Source: a bacterium
GTDB taxonomy: Bacteria; UBA8248
NCBI GenBank assembly: GCA_965203325.1
Contig: OZ241875.1
Span: 3,168,001 to 3,232,000, forward strand
Length of the DNA: 64,000 nt
Direction of reading: 5' to 3'
The position numbers and the translations under genes are program-made. Positions 9,793 to 17,499 of this stretch are shown here, piece after piece (position 1 is the stretch's first letter; each line of letters opens with the position of its first letter). The notes beneath the pieces were generated by a model. The model was given only the letters and a program-made list of their open reading frames with translations. It did not search any database and was not told the DNA's origin.

Positions 9793-10086
9793 ATGTCGAA
9801 CGGGGACGCCGAGGCGCTCTTGAGCGATGAGGAACTCTACGACCGCGCCGATGCGGAGGGGGGCGAGTCCTTTCCCGCCGAGGTCGTGGATCGCCTTCTG
9901 GTAAATGAAAACCCGATACGCGTCTACCGGGACCATCGCGGCATGACGCAGGGTGCTCTGGCCGCCGCAGCTGGCATCCACCCGGTCTACCTCTCCCAAA
10001 TCGAGACGGGCAAGCGTTCAGGCTCGGCGAAGACGCTGGCCGCCATCGCCGAGACCCTGGGCGTTACCGTGGACGACCTGATTTAG
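9793..10086 (+). CDS. XRE-family HTH protein (antitoxin-like), preceded by a probable RelE/ParE C-terminal remnant
   Basis: ENPIRVYRDHRGMTQGALAAAAGIHPVYLSQIETGKR is an HTH_3 pattern; AGGAG RBS. The in-frame upstream remnant GVIDVLHIVSRGEAY resembles a RelE C-terminus. Confidence 0.8.
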   Translation: MSNGDAEALLSDEELYDRADAEGGESFPAEVVDRLLVNENPIRVYRDHRGMTQGALAAAAGIHPVYLSQIETGKRSGSAKTLAAIAETLGVTVDDLI

Positions 10087-10117
10087 GTTAGAGGGATACT
10101 CCGTAGAACGACCCCTG

Positions 10118-10762
10118 CTAATCCGGGTTCTCGCCGACCCGGGGATAGGCGACCTTGCCCCAGTCGGCCTCGGGATTTTCTTCCATAATCTTGAGAATTA
10201 CTGGCACGGTGGCCGTCATGATTCGACTACCGTCTCTGAGTTGTGTTCGCCCCCATCCTTTTTTGAAAGTTACGCCTCCGTGAAAGACTTGGTTGCGCAA
10301 CTGATACAGCCGCCAAAAAACTTCCGTAAAGATGCCATGTACATCTCTTTGACCCAAGGCCCTGTTTATTCGTTCATTGATACGGTTGAACCGCCTGCGC
10401 CAGTCGTTGTCCGTCGTCGGATCTCGTACCCACTCCCAGAATGGAGCATAGACATACTGGTTATTCAGTAGAACCCGGATGGGACCAGAATATGTTTCCC
10501 AGAGAATGTTTTCAATTTCTTTCTCTTTATCGCAGTTAATGATGTCTTCCAAAAAATTTGTGAATCTCTCACGGTCTGGGTACCCGTTTTGGCCAGTTGC
10601 TTCACCGCCATAGGCCGCGTTGAACGCGATCCACAGGCAGATGAATTTCTCCTCATCAGAATTGACTTCTTTGCTTTGCGCCAGCCAACTCCGCGCTCTG
10701 CGCATCCGGTGCTCGTTGTGTTCGCTTTGGGGTATCTCGTCGCTGGTTCGGGTCATCGCCAT
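10118..10762 (-). CDS. HEPN-domain protein (putative RNase)
   Basis: LYQLRNQVFHGG contains the RxxxxH motif; N-terminal EKFICLWIAFNAAYG helix; lower GC than the core genes. Confidence 0.8.
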   Translation of the reverse strand: MAMTRTSDEIPQSEHNEHRMRRARSWLAQSKEVNSDEEKFICLWIAFNAAYGGEATGQNGYPDRERFTNFLEDIINCDKEKEIENILWETYSGPIRVLLNNQYVYAPFWEWVRDPTTDNDWRRRFNRINERINRALGQRDVHGIFTEVFWRLYQLRNQVFHGGVTFKKGWGRTQLRDGSRIMTATVPVILKIMEENPEADWGKVAYPRVGENPD

Positions 10763-10795
10763 GAGTCCTTTTGTTGTTTGATAACGTCGGATTGT

Positions 10796-10891
10796 AAAAA
10801 GCGACCTCCCCGACTACTCCGGCTTCCATTGCTGGAGGCTGGAGAGGACCCCTTGGGTCCTTGTCATCGGGGAGGAACCTTTGGAACGTAG
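10796..10891 (-). ncRNA. Candidate structured ncRNA copy 1 (DUF3800-associated), directly 5' of the HEPN gene
   Basis: Minus strand reads CCTCCCCGA-tgaca-AGGACCC aag GGGTCCT-CTCCAGCCTCCA gcaa TGGAAGCCGGAG-tag-TCGGGGAGG-tcgc-TTTTT. 81/87 identical to copy 2. The 5' end is estimated from the promoter. Confidence 0.65.
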
Positions 10892-10897
10892 CGCGGC

Positions 10898-10926
10898 AAT
10901 ATACCCCAATAGACTTGCGAATTCTA
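10898..10926 (-). promoter_or_regulatory. sigma70-like promoter for ncRNA copy 1 (and possibly the HEPN gene)
   Basis: TAGAAT (10926-10921), 17-nt spacer, TATATT (10903-10898). Confidence 0.5.
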
Positions 10927-10945
10927 TAAACACGCTGGCCTCGAC

Positions 10946-10975
10946 CTTGCCTGACGCGCATGGATGGGCGATATT
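10946..10975 (+). promoter_or_regulatory. Repeated 30-bp sigma70-like promoter motif, copy B (upstream of DUF3800)
   Basis: cTTGCCT-gacgcgcatggatgggc (17 nt)-GATATT. Confidence 0.55.
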
Positions 10976-11040
10976 TGATGCCCGCGACATTTACATGTAA
11001 ACGCCGCCTTGACCTATCCTTAATTTCTAAATAGGACGAT

Positions 11041-11712
11041 ATGAGCCGTTGCGCCTACATTTTTCTTGACGAGGCGGGCAATCTCGATTTCAGCCACAAA
11101 GGAACGCGCTATTTCGTGCTGACGAGCGTCAGCATGCGTCGACCGTTTCCGGTCTACGGGGCGCTTAATGACTACAAACTTGATTGTCTCGAATACGGAT
11201 TGGACATGGAGTATTTCCACTGCGCCGATGACAACAGGCATGTGCGCAATGGTGTGTTCAATCTGATCGCCGAGCATCTTGGAGGTATGCGTAATATGCG
11301 CATCGACTCTCTTGTGGTCGAGAAGCAAAAGACCAGTCTAGCGTTGCGGGACGATAAGCGTTTCTATCCGGAGATGCTCGGCCATCTGTTGAAATATGTG
11401 CTACCCAGGGAGTTGGATGTAGACGCCGAAGAGGTCATCGTAATTACCGATAAACTTCCGATGAATAGGAAACGGCAAGCCGTCGAAAAGGGAACTCGCC
11501 TTGCGTTGACCGAGATGTTGCCACAGGGAATGAAATACCGGATTCTGCATCACGAATCGCGGTCGCATTACGGACTACAAGTGGCGGACTACTGTTGCTG
11601 GGCGGTATTCCAGAAATGGAATAAAAATAAAACGCACTTTTACGACCGTATAAAGACAGCAGTGCGCGGCGAGTTCGATATTCTTCGAAGTGGGAATAGA
11701 AATTACTATTGA
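11041..11712 (+). CDS. DUF3800-domain protein (predicted RNase H-like fold)
   Basis: N-terminal YIFLDEAGN..YFVL, YFHC, IVITD and C-terminal ESRSHYGLQVADY motifs. Confidence 0.85.
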   Translation: MSRCAYIFLDEAGNLDFSHKGTRYFVLTSVSMRRPFPVYGALNDYKLDCLEYGLDMEYFHCADDNRHVRNGVFNLIAEHLGGMRNMRIDSLVVEKQKTSLALRDDKRFYPEMLGHLLKYVLPRELDVDAEEVIVITDKLPMNRKRQAVEKGTRLALTEMLPQGMKYRILHHESRSHYGLQVADYCCWAVFQKWNKNKTHFYDRIKTAVRGEFDILRSGNRNYY

Positions 11713-11724
11713 ATAGCAGGCCCC

Positions 11725-11823
11725 AAAAAGCGACCTCCCCAACTACTCCGGCTCCCATCTCTGGAGGCTGGAGAGAACCCCTTGGGTTCTTGTCATCGGG
11801 GAGGAACCTTTTCATCAAATTCG
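11725..11823 (-). ncRNA. Candidate structured ncRNA copy 2, convergent with the 3' end of DUF3800
   Basis: Same fold as copy 1 with a GAGA tetraloop and an AGAACCC/GGGTTCT stem (compensatory change); ends in a U-tract. Confidence 0.7.
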
Positions 11824-11829
11824 ACATTA

Positions 11830-11858
11830 AATATAACCGCTTCGGTTTCAAAATTCAA
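11830..11858 (-). promoter_or_regulatory. sigma70-like promoter for ncRNA copy 2
   Basis: TTGAAT (11858-11853), 17-nt spacer, TATATT (11835-11830). Confidence 0.65.
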
Positions 11859-11930
11859 CCAGTATTTTTCACTACACGACCATCCCGCAAGGCAGTGTTT
11901 AGAAACGCCCCACATTCACGCATGCACATA

Positions 11931-11960
11931 CTTGTCGGATGCGCATGGATGCGCGATATT
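11931..11960 (+). promoter_or_regulatory. Repeated 30-bp sigma70-like promoter motif, copy C (upstream of the cupin gene)
   Basis: cTTGTCG-17nt-GATATT. Confidence 0.55.
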
Positions 11961-12031
11961 CCACGCTTCTTATAAGAGGCAGACCCGTCCATGCGGCGGA
12001 TAATCCATTCAGGAAAGGGAGAAAAAACGCG

Positions 12032-12748
12032 ATGACGTATTTCTACAAGACGGACGAGATGGCGAAGAACCTGGCGGGCGCGGCCTACAGCTCGGCGGCG
12101 GGCGCGTGGGTGACGGGCGAGCGGCTCATATTCGGCAAGATGCGCATGCCCGCGGGCACGCGCTCGAGCGCACACGCCCACGCGAACGAGCAGTTCGGCT
12201 ACTGCTTGGCCGGCAGCTCTCGCCTCAACATCGAAGGCGATGTTCACGTATTGACGCCCGGCGACATCGCCTACCGGCCCGCCAACGCCGTGCACGAGGC
12301 CGAGATACTGGGCGATACGGATTACGAGTTCATCGTGGCGAAAGACACCGCGACGACGATAGAGGGCACGCCCACGGAGATGAAACAGACGGCGGAGCAC
12401 GTTCCCTACTTCTACGACACCGAGGCGATGGAAAAGGGTCTGGCGGGCGAGGCCTACAGCCCCACCGAGGGCGTCTGGGTGACGGGCGAGCGCATCATTT
12501 TCGGCAAGATGTGCATTCCCGCAGGAGCCAAAGCGGAGCCGCATTCCCACCCCAACGAGCAGTTCGCCATCGTCCTGTCCGGCACCGCGCGCGCGACCAT
12601 CGGCGGCGAGACCGCGACGGTCACCGCGGGCGACATCGTCCATATGCCGGCGGACGTCGTCCACTCGGTCGAAATCGTCGGCGATGAGGACTACGTCTTC
12701 GTGACGGCGAAGGACACCTCCTGGGGGATTGAGGGGATTAAGGTGTAG
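12032..12748 (+). CDS. Tandem (bi-)cupin protein
   Basis: Two closely similar halves (WVTGER.IFGKM..PAG....H.H.NEQF....G...GDI...PA..VH..EI.GD.DY.F..AKDT). Confidence 0.85.
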   Translation: MTYFYKTDEMAKNLAGAAYSSAAGAWVTGERLIFGKMRMPAGTRSSAHAHANEQFGYCLAGSSRLNIEGDVHVLTPGDIAYRPANAVHEAEILGDTDYEFIVAKDTATTIEGTPTEMKQTAEHVPYFYDTEAMEKGLAGEAYSPTEGVWVTGERIIFGKMCIPAGAKAEPHSHPNEQFAIVLSGTARATIGGETATVTAGDIVHMPADVVHSVEIVGDEDYVFVTAKDTSWGIEGIKV

Positions 12749-12788
12749 GGGGGTACGAAAACGGATTTATCATTTGCTGTTCCTGGTT

Positions 12789-13256
12789 TTATTGGCGGAG
12801 TCCTTGAGTCAATGGATCACCGCATCGGATTCGGCGAATTGGTATGTCATTCCCATGAAATTTTATGGTTTGTTTTATCGCTGCTCTTTCTGCTTTCGGT
12901 ATGTTTCCACTGGCGACGATCGGGCGAAAATTGATTGGAAGGTTTCTGCTAACAAGATTCTCAGCCACGTGGGCGCCCGCTTGAAGCTGTCTTATTGCTT
13001 GACTGGCATCCACCCTGCCGCTTTTTAATTCCAGTGGCGCGACCCAGCCTGAGTCGCCGTTTTCTTCCTCGGCGATGAACAGGAAATCGCAGCGCGTATC
13101 ACGTTCGCCGAGTGGCGACTCCGGTTTGTCGAAGTCGATAATCAAACGCGGGCTTGGAGCATTGTTTAAGGATACACGGCAATTACGCCTGCTACATCTT
13201 TCTGTGAGGCAGTGGAGAGAGACATTTGCACGAACAACATCCAATAATTCCGTCAC
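12789..13256 (-). CDS. Small PD-(D/E)xK-like nuclease-fold protein coupled to the ATPase
   Basis: RCDFLF...PLELKSG...QLQAG pattern; the GTG start overlaps the ATPase TGA stop (GTGA). Confidence 0.6.
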   Translation of the reverse strand: MTELLDVVRANVSLHCLTERCSRRNCRVSLNNAPSPRLIIDFDKPESPLGERDTRCDFLFIAEEENGDSGWVAPLELKSGRVDASQAIRQLQAGAHVAENLVSRNLPINFRPIVASGNIPKAERAAIKQTIKFHGNDIPIRRIRCGDPLTQGLRQ

Positions 13257-14842
13257 CCGCTCGCGCCACCTCGGCTGGATATCTCGGCCCATTTGTTGTG
13301 GAGCGCGACGGCGACCTCATCGAAGCCGGACGGAAAAAGCCCCGAATCATCGTCAAGCGGGATTTCCTTGACGACAGACCCCCTGGGGCGGTTCTTGGGC
13401 TGGAACAGCCATGCCCCCACCTCCTCGGGTTGTAGGGCGACGTTCCCGCCTTCAATCCCTTTTCTCCCGGCTTTGGAAAGACCGGATAGCCGCACGATGT
13501 TGGCGAGTTCCTCGAGCACCCACTCGCTGTGCGTCGTGATGATTACCCGAACGCCCGCACGAACGAGCGCCGCAAGTTGTCGGGTGAACTCGACCTGCAT
13601 GACTGGATGCAGATGTGATTCCGGTTCCTCTACGATTAGTACGTTGCCGGGTCTGACAACATGCCGCAGATACAGCACCACTGGCGCGAGTTCAGAAACC
13701 ATGGAGGAGGCGTTCATCAAAGGTAGATCATTCTTCCAACCTTCTGGCCTGTATGTAAAGCTTGGATAGTTAGTTGCTGATTTCTGGATATCAACTGTTC
13801 CATCTAGAATGGCCTTTTCAATTTGATCACCAAGGCTACTCCGCTGATGCCGTCCGAGTATAGAGCGCTTAAATAATCCCTCTAAGGGTTGTTGCTTGTC
13901 GAGAGTAATCAATTGTTTGAGGAAATCCGCTAGAACGCCGGAAAGCATGGGAGTGGGAGCGGCCTGATGCAGACCTCCACTGGCAGCGCGCTCGATCAAT
14001 CCGCTTACGGCTACGCTATGAGCGTGCATGATGCCGGTTCGGTCGGCAGGGAGATAGAACGCGGGGAGATAGAGAGGAGTTACGAAGCAAGTCAAGGCAT
14101 TAGCAGCTAATGTGCTTAACAGACGCCCAATAGTCATATTTTTCGACAGCACGTCATCTGCTGGGATCAGTTCCTTGGCTCTCTGGATCAAATCTTTCAA
14201 TCCACTGTCTATTTTGGAGGAATCAATCTGTATGGGCGTTTTTTCGGAAATCGTAGTGTCGAACACGTTCGCCTGAGTGCTGATTGTCAAACTGCGAACA
14301 AAAGATTCTGAATCCTTCTGGGTACCTCTTCTTAGGATGACCCGAGCGCCTCTTCTACTTTTATTGCGGATCAACATCTTTGCTTCATCGACTCCGAAGC
14401 ATCTGAGGACATTATCGATTAGAGCATCGCCCCCTTTAGCTAGATCACTGATACAAGGACGAATCAAATCTGCGATAGGTTCAGGCAAAAGAATGCTTCC
14501 CTTGTTTGGCAACTTACTTCCGTTTGGGAATGTACGCTCTGTCCATTCGCTAAGAGCGTCTATAGCTTCTTTAGACACTTCCTTGCTCTGAATCATACTG
14601 AAATCGCTAACAAGAGAATGACGGTAGCGGAAACTGCTAAGAAGAGGAGAGCGGTAACCAAATAGTATGTCGTCACTAAAATACTTGTGCAAAGCATAAA
14701 TCAGAATCGCCAGATAGGATTTGCCGGTATTGCTCGGCCCCACGAATACGGTAAAGGGTCGCAGATCAATCTTGGCTTCGGCTATCGGCCCGAAATTCTT
14801 CACTTCGAGTTCGAGAGGACTCTGGGTGTTGAGGTCGGTCAT
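13253..14842 (-). CDS. ABC/AAA_21-type ATPase (defence-associated class)
   Basis: VKNFGPI, Walker A GPSNTGKS, LPADR, ASSMVSELAP, Walker B/D-loop LIVEEPESHLHP, H-loop ITTHSE; low-GC variable middle. Confidence 0.85.
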   Translation of the reverse strand: MTDLNTQSPLELEVKNFGPIAEAKIDLRPFTVFVGPSNTGKSYLAILIYALHKYFSDDILFGYRSPLLSSFRYRHSLVSDFSMIQSKEVSKEAIDALSEWTERTFPNGSKLPNKGSILLPEPIADLIRPCISDLAKGGDALIDNVLRCFGVDEAKMLIRNKSRRGARVILRRGTQKDSESFVRSLTISTQANVFDTTISEKTPIQIDSSKIDSGLKDLIQRAKELIPADDVLSKNMTIGRLLSTLAANALTCFVTPLYLPAFYLPADRTGIMHAHSVAVSGLIERAASGGLHQAAPTPMLSGVLADFLKQLITLDKQQPLEGLFKRSILGRHQRSSLGDQIEKAILDGTVDIQKSATNYPSFTYRPEGWKNDLPLMNASSMVSELAPVVLYLRHVVRPGNVLIVEEPESHLHPVMQVEFTRQLAALVRAGVRVIITTHSEWVLEELANIVRLSGLSKAGRKGIEGGNVALQPEEVGAWLFQPKNRPRGSVVKEIPLDDDSGLFPSGFDEVAVALHNKWAEISSRGGASG

Positions 14843-14939
14843 ATCCTCACTTCTCCGACTCGGTGGTAAAACACAACTTCTAAAGTGGCGTTCACAGCCT
14901 ACGATACCCGTATCATGGATTCAAGACGAAGCGATTCGC

Positions 14940-15599
14940 CTACGGCCCGAGTCTCTCGATACGCCACTCGCCGCTCTCTTCCAGCGTGTAGCGCACGCGG
15001 TCGTGGAGGCGGCTGTCGCGGTGCTGCCAGAATTCGATGCAATGCGGCTTCAGGACGTAGCCGCCCCAGTGGGGGGGACGCGGAACCTCTTGCCCCAAGT
15101 ATTCTTTTTCCAAAGCGCGCTCTTCTTCTTCGAGATAGGCGCGGGAGGGGACGGCCCGGCTCTGGGGCGACGCCCACGCGCCGATTTGGCTGGCCCGCGG
15201 TCGGGTGGCGAAATAGGCGTCGGAAATCCCGGCGGGGAGTTTTTCCACGACGCCCTCTGCGCGCACCTGCCGGGCGGGGGGCTTCCAGTGGAAGACGAGG
15301 GCGGCTCTCGCGTCGCGCGCAAGCTGCTCGGCCTTATCGCTTTCGTAGTTCGTGAAGAAGGGAAAGTCCGGCTCCGCGTAGCTCAGGTCTGCGAGGTCCT
15401 TATACAGCACGATTCGGGCTGCGGGCGCGCCGTCCGGCCCCACCGTGGCGAGGGTCATCGCGTCCTCGCGCGGGATGCCTGCGCTTTTCGCCTGCGCGTA
15501 CCAGCGGCGGAACTGCTCGATGGGATCGGAATCGACACTCGCGACGTCGAGGGCTTCCGCCGCCATCTGCTGAATTAAATTCTCATCCATTTCATTCAT
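14940..15599 (-). CDS. pdxH: Pyridoxine/pyridoxamine 5'-phosphate oxidase
   Basis: AMTLAT, RIVLYK, FFTNYESDK, RQVRAEG, SQIGAWASPQS, PPHWGGY, IEFWQ..SRLHDR motifs. Confidence 0.95.
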   Translation of the reverse strand: MNEMDENLIQQMAAEALDVASVDSDPIEQFRRWYAQAKSAGIPREDAMTLATVGPDGAPAARIVLYKDLADLSYAEPDFPFFTNYESDKAEQLARDARAALVFHWKPPARQVRAEGVVEKLPAGISDAYFATRPRASQIGAWASPQSRAVPSRAYLEEEERALEKEYLGQEVPRPPHWGGYVLKPHCIEFWQHRDSRLHDRVRYTLEESGEWRIERLGP

Positions 15600-15660
15600 C
15601 GCTCATTGCCCAGTCAGGTGGCGGATTCGGGGGTGTGGAAGAAGTCTTTGTGAAGGAAGT

Positions 15661-15816
15661 AACCCCCCAACCCCCCTTGTCGGGGGGCTTTTCTTCCACC
15701 TCCTCATCGGGGCATTGCCTTTACCCCCCTGTCAAGGGGGGGTAGGGGGGGTTGCTTTTCCAGTCGAGAGGGGCGCTCCCTCTACTCCTTGAAAAGAGCA
15801 CTTTTTCAACAGCCTC
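15661..15816. mobile_element. MITE-like palindromic element with one terminal inverted repeat
   Basis: Internal inverted pair CCCCCCAACCCCCCTTGTCGGGGGG / CCCCCCTGTCAAGGGGGGGTAGGGGGG; ends in TTTTTCAACAGCCTC. Confidence 0.65.
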
Positions 15817-15830
15817 ATTCAGAGCCGCTA

Positions 15831-16298
15831 CTATTTCCCAGCCACGCCGACCTGCACGATGCGGGCCTTGTCCACGCCCGCGACGCCCACGTACTTGAAG
15901 GATTTGCCGTCCAGTACGCGCGCCTGAAATCCCTGGACGACCACCTTCTTCGCGCCGCTCAGGAGCGCGGCGAACGGAGCGGCCTGCGTCTTGGCGTTCA
16001 CGTCGGTCGGGAACTTGAAGCTCATTCCCGGAATGTTGGTGAACTCGACCCGGCCCTTCTCGTCGCTGACCCAGAATTCCGATATGGCGGAATTGTTCGC
16101 CACCTTCGTGAGGACGGCGTTGATTTCGGCTTTACTCATGCCCGCCTTGAGGGCCGCGGCGATGAAGTGCGCCGTCAGGGTCGCTTCGGCGACCATGTGC
16201 TTCGAGACGGCGTCGTCCATCGCGCGGGCGCTCTTCACCCCGACGCCCAGGCCGAAACAAAGGCTTAAGGCCAATGTTGCTATCGCGACTTTTCTCAT
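15831..16298 (-). CDS. Secreted/periplasmic protein with a stand-alone Cache-like sensor fold
   Basis: Signal peptide; ISEFWVSDEKG, QAAPFAALL and FKYVGVAGVDKARIVQVG resemble extracellular sensor modules of chemoreceptors. Confidence 0.6.
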   Translation of the reverse strand: MRKVAIATLALSLCFGLGVGVKSARAMDDAVSKHMVAEATLTAHFIAAALKAGMSKAEINAVLTKVANNSAISEFWVSDEKGRVEFTNIPGMSFKFPTDVNAKTQAAPFAALLSGAKKVVVQGFQARVLDGKSFKYVGVAGVDKARIVQVGVAGK

Positions 16299-16398
16299 CT
16301 CGCTCTCCTCGTGTTTTCGCCAAACGGGGGACGTTTTCCATGAAATTCCGCGCGATGATACTAGGGCGCGAAACCACCGCGCAAGGGGGCGGTTCTCG

Positions 16399-16723
16399 GG
16401 GTGGTTGAAAAAGACCCCTTTTCAGGGGGTAGAGGGAACGCTCCTCTCGCCCTGAAAACCAACCCCCCCCTTGTGGGCCTGTTGAAAAACCCCGAGGAGA
16501 GAGGAACCACTCCCCCCTTGAGGGGGAGTCGGTGAGGTGAGGGGGATTTTGCCCGAAACCGAACCGGTGGGGGGAGTTTTTTCTGTGGCATATCCCCCCA
16601 CCGAATCGGCCTTCGCCAAGGCTCGGCCTCTTCGACTCCCCCTCAAGGGGGGAGTAGATTTGAAATTCTCGTCCGTGGAGAGCGAGCTTCGTTGGGGTCG
16701 CATACCAGCTTTTTCAACAGCCT
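16399..16723. mobile_element. Nested MITE-like elements
   Basis: 16399-16472 is an inverted, diverged copy of 15745-15816. It is interrupted by a second element (16476-16723) with CTGTTGAAAAA/TTTTTCAACAG ends and a perfect 23-bp internal IR (16509-16531 / 16633-16655). Confidence 0.7.
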
Positions 16724-16754
16724 GGCCACGGGACGGTTCCCCGCCGCTTCGCGC

Positions 16755-17462
16755 TCAGGCGTCTTTTTTCACCGCCTGTACGTCGTTCTGCGCGGGGTCG
16801 CTGGGGTGTACCCTGTCGGGCATGATGTAGGGGGCCTGCATCTCGAAGATGTCCTGGGTGCGGCAGTACCGGGGGCCGCCCAGCCTGCCCACGGGCTGGA
16901 GCTTCGCCGGGTCGATGTATATCTTCTCCCCATCGAAGAGCAGCATATCCTCGCGCACGTGCCAGCGCAGCACCTCCCCGATGATCAAGTGCGTCACCCA
17001 TTCGTCTCCGAAGGGAATCATGCGCTCGAAGCGGCACTCCATCGCCACCGGGGCGTCCTTGATGCGGGGCGCATCCACGAGGTCCGAAGGGGCCATCTCC
17101 AGACCCGCCGCCTCGAACTCGCTTTCATCGGGGGCGAAGTTTCCCGAGGAGGCGTTCATGGCCTCCTCCCAGCCGTTCACCACCGTGTGGATGACGTAGC
17201 CCTTGGTGTCCAGAATGTTGCGCGCGGTGTCCTTGGGCCTCATCTCGCGCTCGCTGATGGATATCCGCTCGCCGACGGAGATCGACGCCATCGGCGGGTG
17301 GTGCGACACCATGGTGAAGAAGCTGAAGGGCGCCAGGTTCGCCACGCCGTCCGCGCTCATCGTGCTCACCCAGGCGATGGGCCGGGGGACGACCGATCCG
17401 ATGAGCAGGCGGTAGATCTGCTGGGGATTGATCTCTGAGGTGCTGAAGACGCGGTAGTTCAT
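16755..17462 (-). CDS. Flavin reductase family protein (DIM6/NTAB)
   Basis: YRLLIGSVVPRPIAWVST..NLAPFSFF, KDTARNI, MECR, GRLGG motifs. Confidence 0.9.
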   Translation of the reverse strand: MNYRVFSTSEINPQQIYRLLIGSVVPRPIAWVSTMSADGVANLAPFSFFTMVSHHPPMASISVGERISISEREMRPKDTARNILDTKGYVIHTVVNGWEEAMNASSGNFAPDESEFEAAGLEMAPSDLVDAPRIKDAPVAMECRFERMIPFGDEWVTHLIIGEVLRWHVREDMLLFDGEKIYIDPAKLQPVGRLGGPRYCRTQDIFEMQAPYIMPDRVHPSDPAQNDVQAVKKDA

Positions 17463-17499
17463 CGTATGTCCCTCATGTCGTAAGGGGAAAGGGCGCGGC

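Noticed and set aside
10796..10882. Plus-strand orientation of the candidate RNA
   Set aside because: Two G-U pairs favour plus, but the GNRA loops in both copies, both promoters and the U-tracts all point to minus. Not fully excluded.
10796..11811. The 87-bp repeats as a CRISPR array, integron attC sites or IS ends
   Set aside because: There are only two long copies about 840 bp apart, with no cas or intI genes and no RYYYAAC/GTTRRRY cores. They are direct, not inverted.
16361..16830. ORFs overlapping the palindromic elements (also 23900-24159 and 9480-9794)
   Set aside because: They are translations of MITE/REP sequence.
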